From assembly GCF_036971445.1 (NCBI RefSeq), contig NC_091478.1:11222001-11286000 (forward strand): 64,000 nucleotides of DNA. Reading direction: 5' to 3'. The notes beneath the pieces are model-generated. The model did not search any database. It had not been told where the DNA came from and saw nothing but the letters and a program-made list of their open reading frames with translations. A program made the translations under genes and the position numbers. The DNA is from Narcine bancroftii (lineage: Eukaryota). This document shows, piece by piece, positions 49,609 through 62,507 of this stretch (the stretch's first letter is position 1; every line of letters starts with the position of its first letter).

Positions 49609-50205
49609 GTACCTTTTCAATATAAACATGATTACTCATGTTGGGCCTTTATTCGATTTAATATTCTTGTACTAATTACAATTATGTGCTTTCCTGATAT
49701 CTTTGTTTTAATATTTAAATACTTGAATAGATATTGATTACATTTGATCACATTTCCAATCTATCTTAAAAAAAATACAAATCTATAAAGCACCGACGTT
49801 CTTTTTTTTTCATTTCATCTCATTTTTTTCCAGTTCTTTTCCGAATGACTTTCATCCAAAAGGTTTAAATTCACAAGCTTTTTGCTACAGATCCAAAAAA
49901 AAAATAGAATTGACCTTTTGGAGTGAATTATTTTAAACTATATTGGCTGACCATCCAAAATTATGATGAATAATTCTGTGTTTAAAATTTCAAATGCCTC
50001 TTTCATAAAATCATCCCAAATTGGGGAAAAGATAATGTTGCTGTTGGTATTTGGTAATGGTGCTAAACTGCAAGAACAACACCTTTGATGTCTACACTTA
50101 ACATAATGCCCAAGTAAAACTAAAGCTCTGTTGTTTGTACATGATACATATCCATGTCTCATTTTGATGCATATTCATGTGTTATTATTTAGAAGCTTCT
50201 TAAAC

Positions 50206-50410
50206 CAGGGGTTCCCAACCTTTTTGTTCTTCTGTACCCCTTGGGCACCCCTAAAAATTAAGGATTAAATAAAATGACAATGTGCAATCTGACTGCAGAT
50301 TACAACACTATGTATTGTTCAGTAGTGGTTATTCTCTCAGACCCAATGTACCCCCTGAAAAGTACAAATGTACCACTGGGGGTACATGTACCCCAGGTTG
50401 GGAACCCCTG
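50206..50410. mobile_element. hAT (Charlie-like) MITE
   Basis: 15-bp TIRs CAGGGGTTCCCAACC / GGTTGGGAACCCCTG; 8-bp TSD TCTTAAAC / TCTTAAGC. Confidence 0.92.
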
Positions 50411-51789
50411 TCTTAAGCACTAGTCTTCCATTACCAGCAGTCTTCTAGTCTGTTTAATAAAAAATCAACTAGCCCTGTACATCTTGAATGTCTTTTTCTC
50501 CACTCACCTCCCCCCCTCAACTTTGACTATGAACACATGTCATTCAGTATGTGACACTTGCATATGAGGGAAAAGTTATTTTGATTGTCTATACTGTATA
50601 TCCCTTTGATTTTATAAATTTCTATTAGTTTTAAGAAGCTTCCAGATAGTCACATGAACATTATAAGGAATCGAGGGGCATGCATCATGTGCAAGGAGCA
50701 GAGTTTTAGTTTAATATGGGCACCATGCAGACATGGTGGGCTGAAAAACCTGTTCCTGTACTGAACTGTTCAATGATCTACTTTCAACTGATTTTAATTT
50801 CAGTTAAGACTTATTTGTTTGAAGGAATTGTGTGGAAGAGAGAGCCCAACTGCATAGACAATATGTTAAAATTAAATCTATTTTAAAATTTAATATAGAG
50901 ATAACAGGCCCTTCTGGCCCACACTGCCCAAATACACCCATATAACCAATTCACCGACAAACCTCTAGGCCTTTGGAATGTGCTAGGAAACCCATGTCAA
51001 CACAGGGTGAGCATACAGACAGTGCTGGATTCTAACCTGGTTTACTGGTGCTGCAATGGTGTGCTAACCACCACGCTAATTGTGCCACCCAAAAGTTGAT
51101 CAAACACACAGAAATGCTGGAGGAACTCAGCTGGTCTCGCAGTTTCCATAGGAGGTAAGGCTACATTACCGACATTTCAGGCCTGAGGCCTTCTTGAAGA
51201 AGGGATTAGGCATGAACGTCAGTTGGTATATATCTTTATCAAGCATGGACACTAGATGACCTGCTGAGTTCCTCCAGTATTTCTGTGGTTACCTTGAAAA
51301 AGGGCTCAGGCCTGAAATGTATCTTTACTTCCTGTGGATACTGTGCAACCTGCTGAGTGCCTCCAGCATTTGAGTTTTTACTACAATCACTGAATCTGCA
51401 CACCCCACCTTAAAGCAGATGGGTTGTTACTTTCAATATTCTTTTTGAATGTGTATTTATCATCTGCAAAGTCTACCATTTTCTGAGATGAAGTAATCAA
51501 TACTTTTGTCATTCTTGTAACAAAGCCTACTGTATTTTTTAATTGCCTGTTTTTTAATTGTCCACTTTAACTTCCTTATTTTGGCCACTGGGTGTCTCTA
51601 AATCCTTCAGTGTTCTCTTGCACCAGACCACTGCGATTTTTCTCCCTTTCTGTACCTCATTCTATCTATATTTTGACTGTTGATGTCAATTTATTTGCTG
51701 ATATTGACAATATTTGTCATATCAATTGCATTTACTCACCAAACCTTGTGAAATCCTTGATATCTCAACTCTATTTTTGAGGCTGGACT

Positions 51790-52250
51790 TTTGGGGAATA
51801 GAACAATGCAGTACGGGAATCGCTGTCCCCAATGTCAATCTCTTTTGCCTGTCATGATCCATACCCTTGATTCCCTGTATGTGCCTATCTAGAAGCCTCT
51901 TAAATGCTACTATTGTGTCTGCTTCCACCACAACTGCTAGCCCATTCCAAACACCTATTGCTCCCTCTGTGTGGGTGGGAAGAAATTCCCAGCCTGCTTT
52001 AAACATTCAAACTCTTGCTGAAAATGCATGTCGTTTAGTATTTGACATTTATTCCATGGGCAAAAGATCCTCACTATTTATCCTATTTTTATCTCATAAT
52101 TTTGAACTTCTATCAGGTCTTCCCTTAGCCTGTCATGGTTCAGAAAAAAATACCTTTTTATAGCTCATAATTTATAATCCAGGCAGCATCCAAGAAATCT
52201 CTTCTGCAGCCTTTCCAAAACTCTCTACACACTTCCTGAAATGGGGTGAC
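51790..52250 (-). mobile_element. CR1-type LINE 3' fragment
   Basis: 'GVWNGL..VVEADTIVAFKRLLDRH' on the - strand. Confidence 0.7.
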
Positions 52251-54813
52251 CGGAATCAGACATTTTGGTGTCTGCAGCGTGGCACCCACATTTTGGTGAC
52301 AGACATTAGGCTGCCAAACATTTTAACGGGGAAAAAAAAGCCAAGATTTTTTGTAGCCTTAGGAAATTTTGGCGCCAACCCAAATAATAAATATAAAATT
52401 ATAAATCTTATTAATTCATTAATTAATTTTATTGAAAATTGTTTGTTATAAAATTATTAAGGATTTTATCACACCACTTTTTCCTACCAAGAATCACTTC
52501 TGTTGCAAGTTTCGTAACTGAAACTATCTGGAATTTCAAGGTTGAGCAAATTTGTTGGATTGCGAGGTGCCTGATGCATTTTATTGTGCTGCCTTCTTTT
52601 GTCCTTTTCAAGGAATGAGGATGCAGAATGGCTCCTTGGATGCCTGTCACACATCTGCCAAACGTTGATTAAGAAGCGTGGAAGTAGCTTCTAAAGTTTC
52701 TTGAGCCCCGGTGCTTCAAGTTGGTTTTTAATCTGTGCTACTTTGACTGATACTTCACAAATCACTTCACATTTTTTCATATGGATTCGTCCTTTGCATG
52801 TATTCTTATTTTTGCACTCCCTAAACAAAATCAAATCATCTCACTTACTGCCCTTGTCAAAAATATAAAGATAACCGTTAAAGGGGGGGGGGGGGGAATT
52901 TCTCTTTGCCTCTATTACTTAAAATGCCAGCCTAAATATTAAAAAAACCGGATGATGATCCAAGACACTAAAGTTACTGTCAAATGCACTGTGAGACAAC
53001 TCAAACACAAATAAGTCCATCAACTGAAAGAGTACATAATTTTACATATCACTCTATAAGCACTTAAATCATGATGAATCCCATGAACCTCAATGATTAT
53101 TGGTATAATAAGTGAATAACCTAACTGTGCTAAAATGTCCACTGCCACACTGTGAGTGGTAAAATGTCCGGTGCAAATTGTGGAGATCAAAATGTCCTAT
53201 GCCCCCAGAATCGCACACTTCAAGTGCAACCTAACCAGTGTTTTATGTTGCTGCAACATGAATTTATTGTTCTTGTATTCGATGTCAAACCCATTGAGGT
53301 CATATGTGGAAAGGTGATTTTTATAAGAGGACTGAAACTGATGCTGTGGCTCAACTCATTCATACTGACATTGCCTTCCTGAACTCGTCTTATTTGCCTG
53401 TGTTTGACCCATATAATCCCTATAAGCCAGTCCTATCAATATATAATTGTAATATCACTTCCTCTTGGCAGCTTGTACTTCACACCCACCACTCTCTGTA
53501 TGGAAAAGGTTACTCTCAGCTTCTCTTTAAATTTTTCACCTCTCATCTTTAATCTTTGCCCTCTTGTTTTTGACGGTCTTACCTTGTCTATGTCTCTCAT
53601 AATGTTACATTCCTTCATAGGGTCACCTCTCAGCTTCCTTGCTCCAAAGGGGAAAAAGTCCCAACTTTTCCAACTCCACCTCCTTATAAACCCTCTAGTT
53701 TATGTACATCTTTGTGAATCTTCTCTATGACATTTTCTGCAAGCTTAATGACATTCTTGTGGTTCCAATTATAGCAAATGTTTTGATAAATGTCTCAGTT
53801 CCCAATAATATAAAGACAAAATTCTGAACCTTTTCTAAATAATTATCAGTGTATCTAGTGAATGTATTCATGCCTACTTTGTACATCTGCAGTTGCTTGT
53901 GAAAAAGATTTCTCAAACTTTCGGAATTGTTATTTGAAGCTTTTCTACAAATACTTGAAGGCCAGAATTTGTTTATGAACTTGCCAGCATTGATAAAAAT
54001 ATTTTAAATAAGATAAAAGCCCATTTATAAATAAGTTTCTTTCACTCACTAAATCAATCATGGGAAATGTTAAGATGACAGCACACAAATGTAGCAGTCC
54101 ATTGTCCTTTTCTTGCAACCCATTTATCATAGATGGTCAGCTGAACAATTTATGCCCTTTTGCTATTCATTGGAGTGGAACTAGTTCTATTTGAAGCATA
54201 AATAAAGAATTCAGATGCACATTATGACATTGATGTTCAGAGTTTCAGTTTTATTCTTGAGCTTGGAGCATGTTCCTCTTTTTTGCCCATTGTTTTATTT
54301 CCAATGAGTTTGACAACCAAAAGATTAATAAAAAGTTTACAAGAATATTGAGGAAGAATGGATGGTTTGTGTTTTATCAAAATATTCAATTTAATGGTTC
54401 CTTGCCTTTTTGTTAATTTCATGCTTTTTCTAAATAGGTTGTGAATAACAGTATGCTAACGTTCACATACAGTGTATTTATTTCTAAAACATCCTTTTAT
54501 AATGGGATCCTGAAGGGTGACCTGAGAGCTATTTGAAATTAAGAGGTTTATAGTGATTGTCTTTTTCTCCAGGTTAGTGTAGCCTAAAATGAAAGGGCAT
54601 AGATTTAAAAGAGAACCGAAAGGCAACTTTTCCATACAGAAGGGTATGTGGAATCAGCTGCTTGGGGAAGTGATAGAAGTGGGTTCAAAAAACATTTAAA
54701 AGATACATGGAAGATAAAAAAAAACTTTTGAAGTGCAGTCAAATGAGACTTGTTTGGATGGCATGGATGAATTGGGCTAAAGGGCCTGTTTCCATGCTAT
54801 ACAGGTCTGATTA

Positions 54814-55499
54814 CAGTAAAAGCCCTGGTATCCGGCACCTATGTATATTGGTAGATGGGATAAGTATATTTTACGGTTGCTTGAGACATACTCTTACAAT
54901 GCCTAACTAATACATCTGTGTTAAAAATAAACAGTTTAAAAGACAAAAATACTATACAGTACTTGCGCTAAACAAAGTTCAATTCCATGAATATATAAAG
55001 CATTTTATTTCATTTTCAATCACATTCTCTGAAAACATTCAACCATTGCTACATCTGCAGGTTCCTCCCCCACCACGGAGCCACCTAAAAAACAAACAAT
55101 AACATGATAGATAATTACCCCTCGCCTCCCCCAAGTTTATAGATAAACTCTGACCAGGGTGACTCTTACCAAGCAGAGATAAGGAGACACTTTTAAGAGA
55201 AACATCCCAACAGCGAGGGACATCAACTCGCTCTTCATCCTGGGCAATAGCATTGCTGTTTCACACAACAGCTGCTACAAGCAAAGCACAACCAAGGAAC
55301 TCCACTGGCTGAATATTTGCTCCCATCTTCACCAAAGGTTTATGTGTTGCTTCAGAGAACATTTACCATTTTAAACTTGCGTATTTTTTTACCTATTATT
55401 TTATTCTTTTTTTTAAATAAGTTTATTTCCCTCATTTTTCTTTTGTTGGTTGCTTGATACTCCCAGTTGATTGAATTCCAGATGCCAGGGGTTTTACTG
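54814..55499. mobile_element. TA-flanked Tc1/pogo-type MITE
   Basis: Imperfect TIRs CAGTAAAAGCCCTGGTATCCGG / CCAGATGCCAGGGGTTTTACTG, TA on both sides. Confidence 0.82.
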
Positions 55500-56224
55500 T
55501 ATGAGTAATATTTATGTGGTGAAACTAAGATGTGGATGCTCTCAGAATGACAAAAGGTGAAAGATATATTTTCCAGAAGTTGTTGGATCAATAAATCAGA
55601 TGAATTTTGGAGCATTATGCTGATAAACCAATTTGAAAAAAAATAATGAACAAAGAATCAAAAATTGCAAATCTTGCTCGCTATGACCATTAAGACCATT
55701 TTATGTTGATTTTTTTTTTCTTTTAGAATTTTTTATCATGGTAATGTAATGAAATCTACATGCTGAAACGTAAATATTAAAGAAAGTTTTGGTTGCGAAT
55801 TGTGGCATTAGATACATCTCCACCAAAAGAATCAATTTTCTTAGTTTTTCAACTTTTACAAGTGGTTTCATTAACTAGTTGTTGATCTGTAAAATGTGAA
55901 ACCAGAATTGTGAAATAAAAAAAATATAGAATTAATATTGAATGTTAAGGTATGAATTCAAGTTCTCCCTCTGAAGCATAACAATATTAGCATGTAATGA
56001 TTTCTCAAACTGTTGGCATTCTGCAATAGTGAGACAAACTAATATTCATTGAGGGTCATTGTAAAGGAACTTTATTTTAGAATCGTCTTTAAAAATTTTA
56101 TATGCATGATGTTTTATGGTAACTATGATATTGGATACTAGTGTATTTCAATTTTTATATCACAACTTGTATCTTTGATTTCATAACTGACTAATTTAGC
56201 TATTTCAGTCCTTGATTTTAATGA

Positions 56225-56398
<174 letters not shown>

Positions 56399-57552
56399 TA
56401 ATTCTTAAATTTTATAGGTAAAGCAACTAGGCCGGTGAAAGGATTGTCACTGGATTCAGAGGAAAATGTATTCATTGAAATATTTCTTCTCCTTTCCAAT
56501 CTCAATAGGGTTTTACATTAATAGATAAATACCTTATAACTCTACCTGTAAAAATATATATATATACTGCAAGTGAGAATAAATATAGCATTTTTGTTTT
56601 AAAGCTTTGTGACAAGATTGTATACATAAACCCTAACCGTAATCAAATTATAACCATGTGTGAAATTTCATAAAACATTAGATTCATTTAAGAAATTATA
56701 ACAAATATTCTGCAATTTCTGAAATGACCAGAATCAAATTTATGAGCATGTATGATCACGTTAACAAAAATATTTTCAAACCAATTCCAAAATCAGAAGC
56801 CATTTCTTCTTTGCAGTTAGATGATCAGTTATAGTACAGTTTTAACAATGCACTTCTGTTTTGCTATGAAATGTGACATCGTAAAACTGTGCTGGGGCAG
56901 TCCTGTACATATGCATGCACAGATCTTAAGTGCCGTGTAGAATTTTAATTGTTATGGGAGTCCAGAGCCCAGAAATTGTATACAGTATCAATAATGTTTA
57001 ACCTGATATCAGGAAAGACTCGAATTCTTTCTAAATTAAATTCTTTCAGATTAATGTTTACCCTGCACTTTTGGGCCCACCTATCTTAGAAAGGGCACGT
57101 GTGTTGTTCTATGTGAATTCCTTGGAATGATGCCAAGCACAGGAGACTATTTCCAGTGACAGTGGGGAAAAAAGTAAGAGGTGATGTTTCTATTTTCAAA
57201 TTGAGCTCCGATAGATTGAACAGAGGAAAGACTTGTTCTTTCCCGAGATTGATGTGAAAAGATCATGTTTAAAATTGTCAAGAAGGGATTTTCCTTGCAT
57301 AGATTGCTTTCACGGTCCAACCAACAACCTTTACACTCGTGCTGGGTTTGCAGAGTATCCTTCATAATAATGTTTTGAATTAGTCAAGAGACCAGTAGTG
57401 AACTCCACCGTACAAGCAGTTACGTGTGCAAGGCAGAGACCATATGGTCCAAGGGAAAAGTCAAGTCATTCTAATGATTCACCAACAATTTGACAGCCAA
57501 TTTGTCAGGGTAAACATAAAGAATGTTAGCAGCTTGGAAACATGGGTGAACA

Positions 57553-57900
57553 TAGGAAGTAGGAACAGGAGTAGGCCAAAAATAGCCCATCGAGCCTGCT
57601 CCGCCATTCAATTCGGTCATGGATGATCTTAAAGTTCAGTACCCCATCCCCGCCTTCTCTCCGTAACCCCTAATTCCCTTATACTGAAGAAATATATCTA
57701 ATTCCCTCTTAAATAGGAACAAAGGAAGTAGGAACAGGAGTAGGCCAAAAATGGCCCATCGAGCCTGCTCCGCCATTCAATACGATCATGGCTGATCTAA
57801 TTTATGAGCTAACTCCACCTACCTGCCTTCTCCCCATATCCCCTAATTCCTCTATCATGTAAAAATTTATCTAACCGAATTTTAAATATGTTTAATGAGG
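57553..57900 (-). mobile_element. Two tandem CR1-type 3' ends
   Basis: AGGAAGTAGGAACAGGAGTAGGCCAAAAAT.GCCCATCGAGCCTGCTCCGCCATTCAAT occurs at about 57554 and 57723. Confidence 0.75.
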
Positions 57901-58042
57901 CAGATGAAAAGTTGCTCATCCAGTTGATGTTGTTCATTACCAACAAATGGCCATCAAATAGAAAAGAATATACTAGCTACAAATTTGTAGAGCTTAATTT
58001 GACGTTTAGTTGAATGAATATTGAACTGGATGTGGAGAACCT

Positions 58043-58067
58043 GCGCTACTCTTGCCTTCAGTGGTAA
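58043..58067 (+). promoter_or_regulatory. Candidate intronic splicing-regulatory RNA docking element (GCGCTACTCTTGCCTTCAGTGGTAA)
   Basis: Complementary, with G-U pairs, to both 56239-56263 and 58153-58175, which span the 7A and 7B acceptors. Confidence 0.75.
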
Positions 58068-58162
58068 AACTAAATAGTAAATCTTTGCCAATTTAATTTC
58101 CTATTCTAAACATTTTATCAATTATTTACATTGAATGTTTACATGGATCTCCTGCCCTGAAG

Positions 58163-58291
58163 GTGAAACTAGTGCCAGTTTCCTTCGATGATCCAGGTTT
58201 CACTGAATCCTTTAACCAATCAGCGACTCTATATTCCAAGTATCAGATGGCTGTGCACCATGATTCAGATGATGAATGTAGTGTGTCAGAG
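58163..58291 (+). CDS. ATE1: ATE1 mutually exclusive exon 7B (VKLVPVSFDDPGFTESFNQSATLYSKYQMAVHHDSDDECSVSE)
   Basis: 129 nt, phase 0/0; acceptor CCTGAAG|, donor GAG|GTAACT; paralogous to 7A. Not in the ORF track. Confidence 0.96.
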
Positions 58292-58709
58292 GTAACTTCT
58301 TTAATATTTCTTACTTTACTGTGCAGTTTCTTACATTAAGTGCGGTTACTTTAATGGTATTTCATGGAAAAAAATAGTTCCAATATGGTCATGATGAAAG
58401 GCCTGCAGTATATCTTTGCTCCCTACAACATTTTGAGCATTCTGGTTAAGGAAGTAATCTTTCCAATTTGTCAACTGCCCAATAATAGTCTTCCATTAGT
58501 CCATATTCAAGTTTGCCATCTGATTGTACGTATACATATACAGCGTGACAGAACGGGGCATTTCTGGACCATTGTGCACGTGTGTGCAGACACACAGATG
58601 CGTGTGCAGACATGCACAGGCACACACAGACTCCATACACCCTTCACCTAAACGATGGATAAACAGAGATTTCCAAAATAAATGTATGTGAAAATTATTT
58701 ACGGTTTCT

Positions 58710-59320
58710 AGGATTGTTCAACAGTCTCATTGCCTGCGGGAACAAGCTGTTTCCCAGCCTGGCAGTCCTGATTATTATGCTCCTGTACCTCTTCTTTGAA
58801 GGTAATTTCTCACAGATATTGTATAAGGGTCCTCAATTATTCTCTATGCTCACTTTAAGTATTGCTCCCTGTGGATTTCATTGATTGAGGGAAGGGAGAC
58901 CCCAGTGACCTTCTCAGCAGTTTTAATCACTCCCTGTACTGACCTCCAATATGATGCTTTGCAGCTTCCATACCACATTATGATGCAGCCAGCCAGGACA
59001 CTCTCTGTTGTGCTTCTGTATGGTGGCTGGTAATTTTGCCCTCCTCAACTTCCTGCTGCTGCCCCTTCCTGATGAGGAGGTGTTGTGGTCCCAGGATAGG
59101 TCGTGCTTTATTTAAAGTCCAAGGAAATTTGTGCGCTCCATTCTACCGATGACTTGAGTTGTAGATATGTAGTGGGGAGTGGTCTTTCACCCTCCTGAAG
59201 TCCACAATCATCTCCTTTGTCTTGACCACTTTGAGACTTAGTTGTTGTTTTTGACACTGTACAAGCCTTTCAACCTCCTTTCTATAAGCCGACTCATTGT
59301 TGCCGATGAGGCCAACTGTC
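58710..59320 (-). mobile_element. Rex1/Babar-like LINE 3' fragment
   Basis: Minus strand shows degenerate 'KTKEMIVDFRR', 'KFPWT', 'TESVLAGCIIMWYG'. Confidence 0.65.
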
Positions 59321-59552
59321 GTGTGCCAGCATGGGAGTTTCTCTTTGTTAAATTTATGATGTGATAATGACTGATTTGATTTTCTTAAAAACAGCAGATT
59401 ATGCCCTTGTTCTTTCTATACAACTAAGTTAATGTTTATACATTCACTATTGGGAGTCTATAAAATTCTATTTGTGTTCTCATTGGCCTTTTAATGGGGG
59501 GAAAAAAAATGTTTATATTTGATTGCCATTCTTTTTCTTATTTTACTTACTG

Positions 59553-60208
59553 TGCTACAGGCCCAGAGGACCCCAAAACCCAGCAGCAATAGAAATTCAC
59601 CCAGACAAATGGTTACTTAAATAAAAGTAGTTATTAATTTTCGTTAAACATAAAAACAGGATCAAACTTTAACTTGATACTATTAACTTAACCTAACTTA
59701 ACCCCCTTCTAATTCTAAGTTCACGTGTATGTAATGTGTATAAGTTCAGAAAAGTTCTTTGATTCGCAGTCTAATCTCACTTCTCATTCCTCCAAGTTCA
59801 TTGGTTGCAGGCAATTTTTATACTGTGCACATTATTTAACATTTATGAATTTTCACCAAGCTCTGGTGTTTAAAAGTAATTGATTACCCTCAGGAAGGTT
59901 CTCGTTGGTTTCAAAGAGAAATTTGTTGCTCATTGGACACATACAAACTGATTCTCTCCAATCAGCTACTTCAGTGTCTTGCCGAAGATACTTGCCACAT
60001 CACGGTTTTCCAGATGATAACCACTTCTTCTGCAGGTCACCACAGAGTTCCTTTTTGTTTCCCTTATTTCAGGTGAAACACTCCGGCCAGTCATTTCCTC
60101 TTGTATGGACCACAAGGGTTTTTAACAGGCTGAAGTCAGAACTAACAACCCATCTTCAAAATGGGGTATTTAAACAAGCTGCCAGCTGCAGAAACCAGTT
60201 TTTTTTTT

Positions 60209-60258
<50 letters not shown>

Positions 60259-60561
60259 CCCCCCCCCCCCCCCCACATCGGACCTAATCTTCTGAGTTCG
60301 TTTATCTATTGCTTTCAAAACAATAATCCATCACTCCACAGCAGGTCCAATTAACACCTACTTGTGAAGTCTCTATAGGCCTTGTATACAAGTTTTTACA
60401 AAGGCACTCAGAGCCTGGACTGACTGGCTTGAGCAGAGCTCTGGCATTTTAAATAAAATCAGTTGTGTGAAGTGTTTGTTTGTGACCTACACTACCCCCA
60501 CAATTTATCTCCTTCAAAAATATATCTATATACAATATAAGATATGATATAATCTGTCACA
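59553..60561 (-). mobile_element. Solo LTR, 1009 bp
   Basis: TG...CA termini (TGCTACA...TGTCACA) with a perfect 4-bp TSD ACTG (59549-59552 and 60562-60565); internal (CT)n at about 60213-60255. Orientation is tentative. Confidence 0.85.
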
Positions 60562-60949
60562 ACTGTTTTCTAAATCTTAACATTTGATTTCCGGAATTGA
60601 GAAGAACAACCAAGACATCAGATAATTTAATGGGAAGGAGGAAATTAAATTGTGACACCTAACATGAAAACAAAAAAAAAAATCTTGGATCTTGTGTCTC
60701 ATGTTGTGAAGGCTGGAAGAGTAGATTAAAATCTACAATTCTCAGTTTCTCTATATCCCCACTGAATTGAAAGATAGCAAACGAAACACAACTATTAAAG
60801 AAAGCAGAACCAGTTAGAAAAATCCTGAAAATAGACATGTCCATCATGATTTATGAAAGGGAAATTGAACTTGACATGTCTAAGGAATTTTGTATGATTG
60901 TCAGGTTAAAGGATTATCTGTAAATATAGGGAATCAGTCAGTTACTTCA

Positions 60950-62507
60950 CAAAAGCCATTCAATCCATTAAGCTTATAATGTACAAAGACAACTGTCTTC
61001 AAACAGTTTGCAAACAAGTCATGATCTATCAATGGTCATATCATATATTTTTGGGTAGGTTCATCTCTATTGACAACAATAATTTGTTCATATTCAGTAA
61101 GTATCGAATAAAAGGGATGTATGTCATTGTAATATATTAATATGGATACACGGATTTGATTTGCAGCTCTTTTACACCATCTTGTTAACAGCCTGTTGAA
61201 GGGGCCAATGGTGTTATTTTTAAATCTTGCAACCGCGGTGTCTGTGACAAAGATGGCAGTGCCTGTGCTGGGCAGCATAGAACGAGGGGTGGCAGTTTCT
61301 GGGGGAGCAATGGACTGGCGGAGGACACCCTCTTGTCGAGAAGCATTGGAGACCATTCTACAGAAAGGTGACCACTGCAACAGATCAGCAAGGAATCTCA
61401 GCTACTGAAGGACCCATACAGGCTGCGGGGTGCTGGAGACTAGCTCTTGGGAACCAGGTATTGGTTTCGAATTTCAGAAGGTGCTAAGGGCAAGAAGGAC
61501 TCCTGAAGGTCCTTGGGCGCCGAAGGCTAACTGATCATATTGGAGGTTTGGACCTGAAGCTCGGTCAGCCAATGGTTTGAACAGTAGTGTGTCTGGCAAC
61601 AGAGGCCTCAGGAACATTGCAGGTGAATCCACGAAGACTCTTGACTCTAAAGAGATTGGATTTTATTTTCCCCTTTTGTTAGGGGCACCAGACAATGTTC
61701 ATGGCCACTCTGTTTTGACTTGTAGCATACGAGTTAAAGTATATCATGTGTATCACGTTTCACGTATTATTACGTAACAATAAAATGAAGCTTTGAACAT
61801 TTGAGCTTTCTTGCTTGACTTGTGAGCCTGTTAAATCATAAACACTTGGAAACTCTTCATTATTTAGAGGCTCAATCAATAATCCCTCCAAATAACATGG
61901 GTTTGGAAAGAACATTGGATTAGGAACATCAATGCTTTGTACATCACTTTAAATTTACGTGGAATCAAAATATTCAGTGTTAATGGGTGCAATCACCTGT
62001 GGGCATCATTCATTTTTCAGATGTGTGCAGGTATCTGAAGTGGTTATATTTTTCAAAGATGAGGCTGATAGTTGTTAAAAGAATTATTTATTTATGAAAT
62101 CAAACAAAGTGAGGAAGCCATTTTTAATTTTCCTTTGGGCTAGAGCTGTTGAAAAGAATATTCCTCCCAGATGGGTTGGAATATTATGTGGGCTTCATCA
62201 TTGATATTTAAAATATGGTGCAGGTGGAATATTATTTGTCTCTTTTAATTTAGAGATACATCATGGCCAATGAGCCCGCATCATCCAATAACACTTCGTA
62301 TAAATTAACCTACTAATCCTGGACGTCATTGGAATTCATTGACTTTTATTCGATACTTACTGAATATGAACAAATTATTGTTGTCAATAGAGATGAACCT
62401 ACCCAAAAGTATATGATATGACCGTTGATAGATCATGACTTGTTTGCAAACTGTTGGAAGACGGTTGTCTTTGTACATTATAAGCTTTAATGGATTGAAT
62501 GGCTTTG
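60950..62507. repeat. Long inverted repeat: arms about 60952-61114 and 62343-62506
   Basis: About 163-bp arms are reverse complements with roughly 4 substitutions and 1-2 single-base indels; spacer about 1.2 kb. Confidence 0.93.
61250..61795 (+). repeat. Unclassified interspersed repeat (related copies at about 28785-29215 and 4940-5150)
   Basis: Shared AAGAT..CAGTGCCTGTGCT start, GGA.GTTTGGACCTG.AGCTC block and ACAATAAAA end. Confidence 0.55.
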
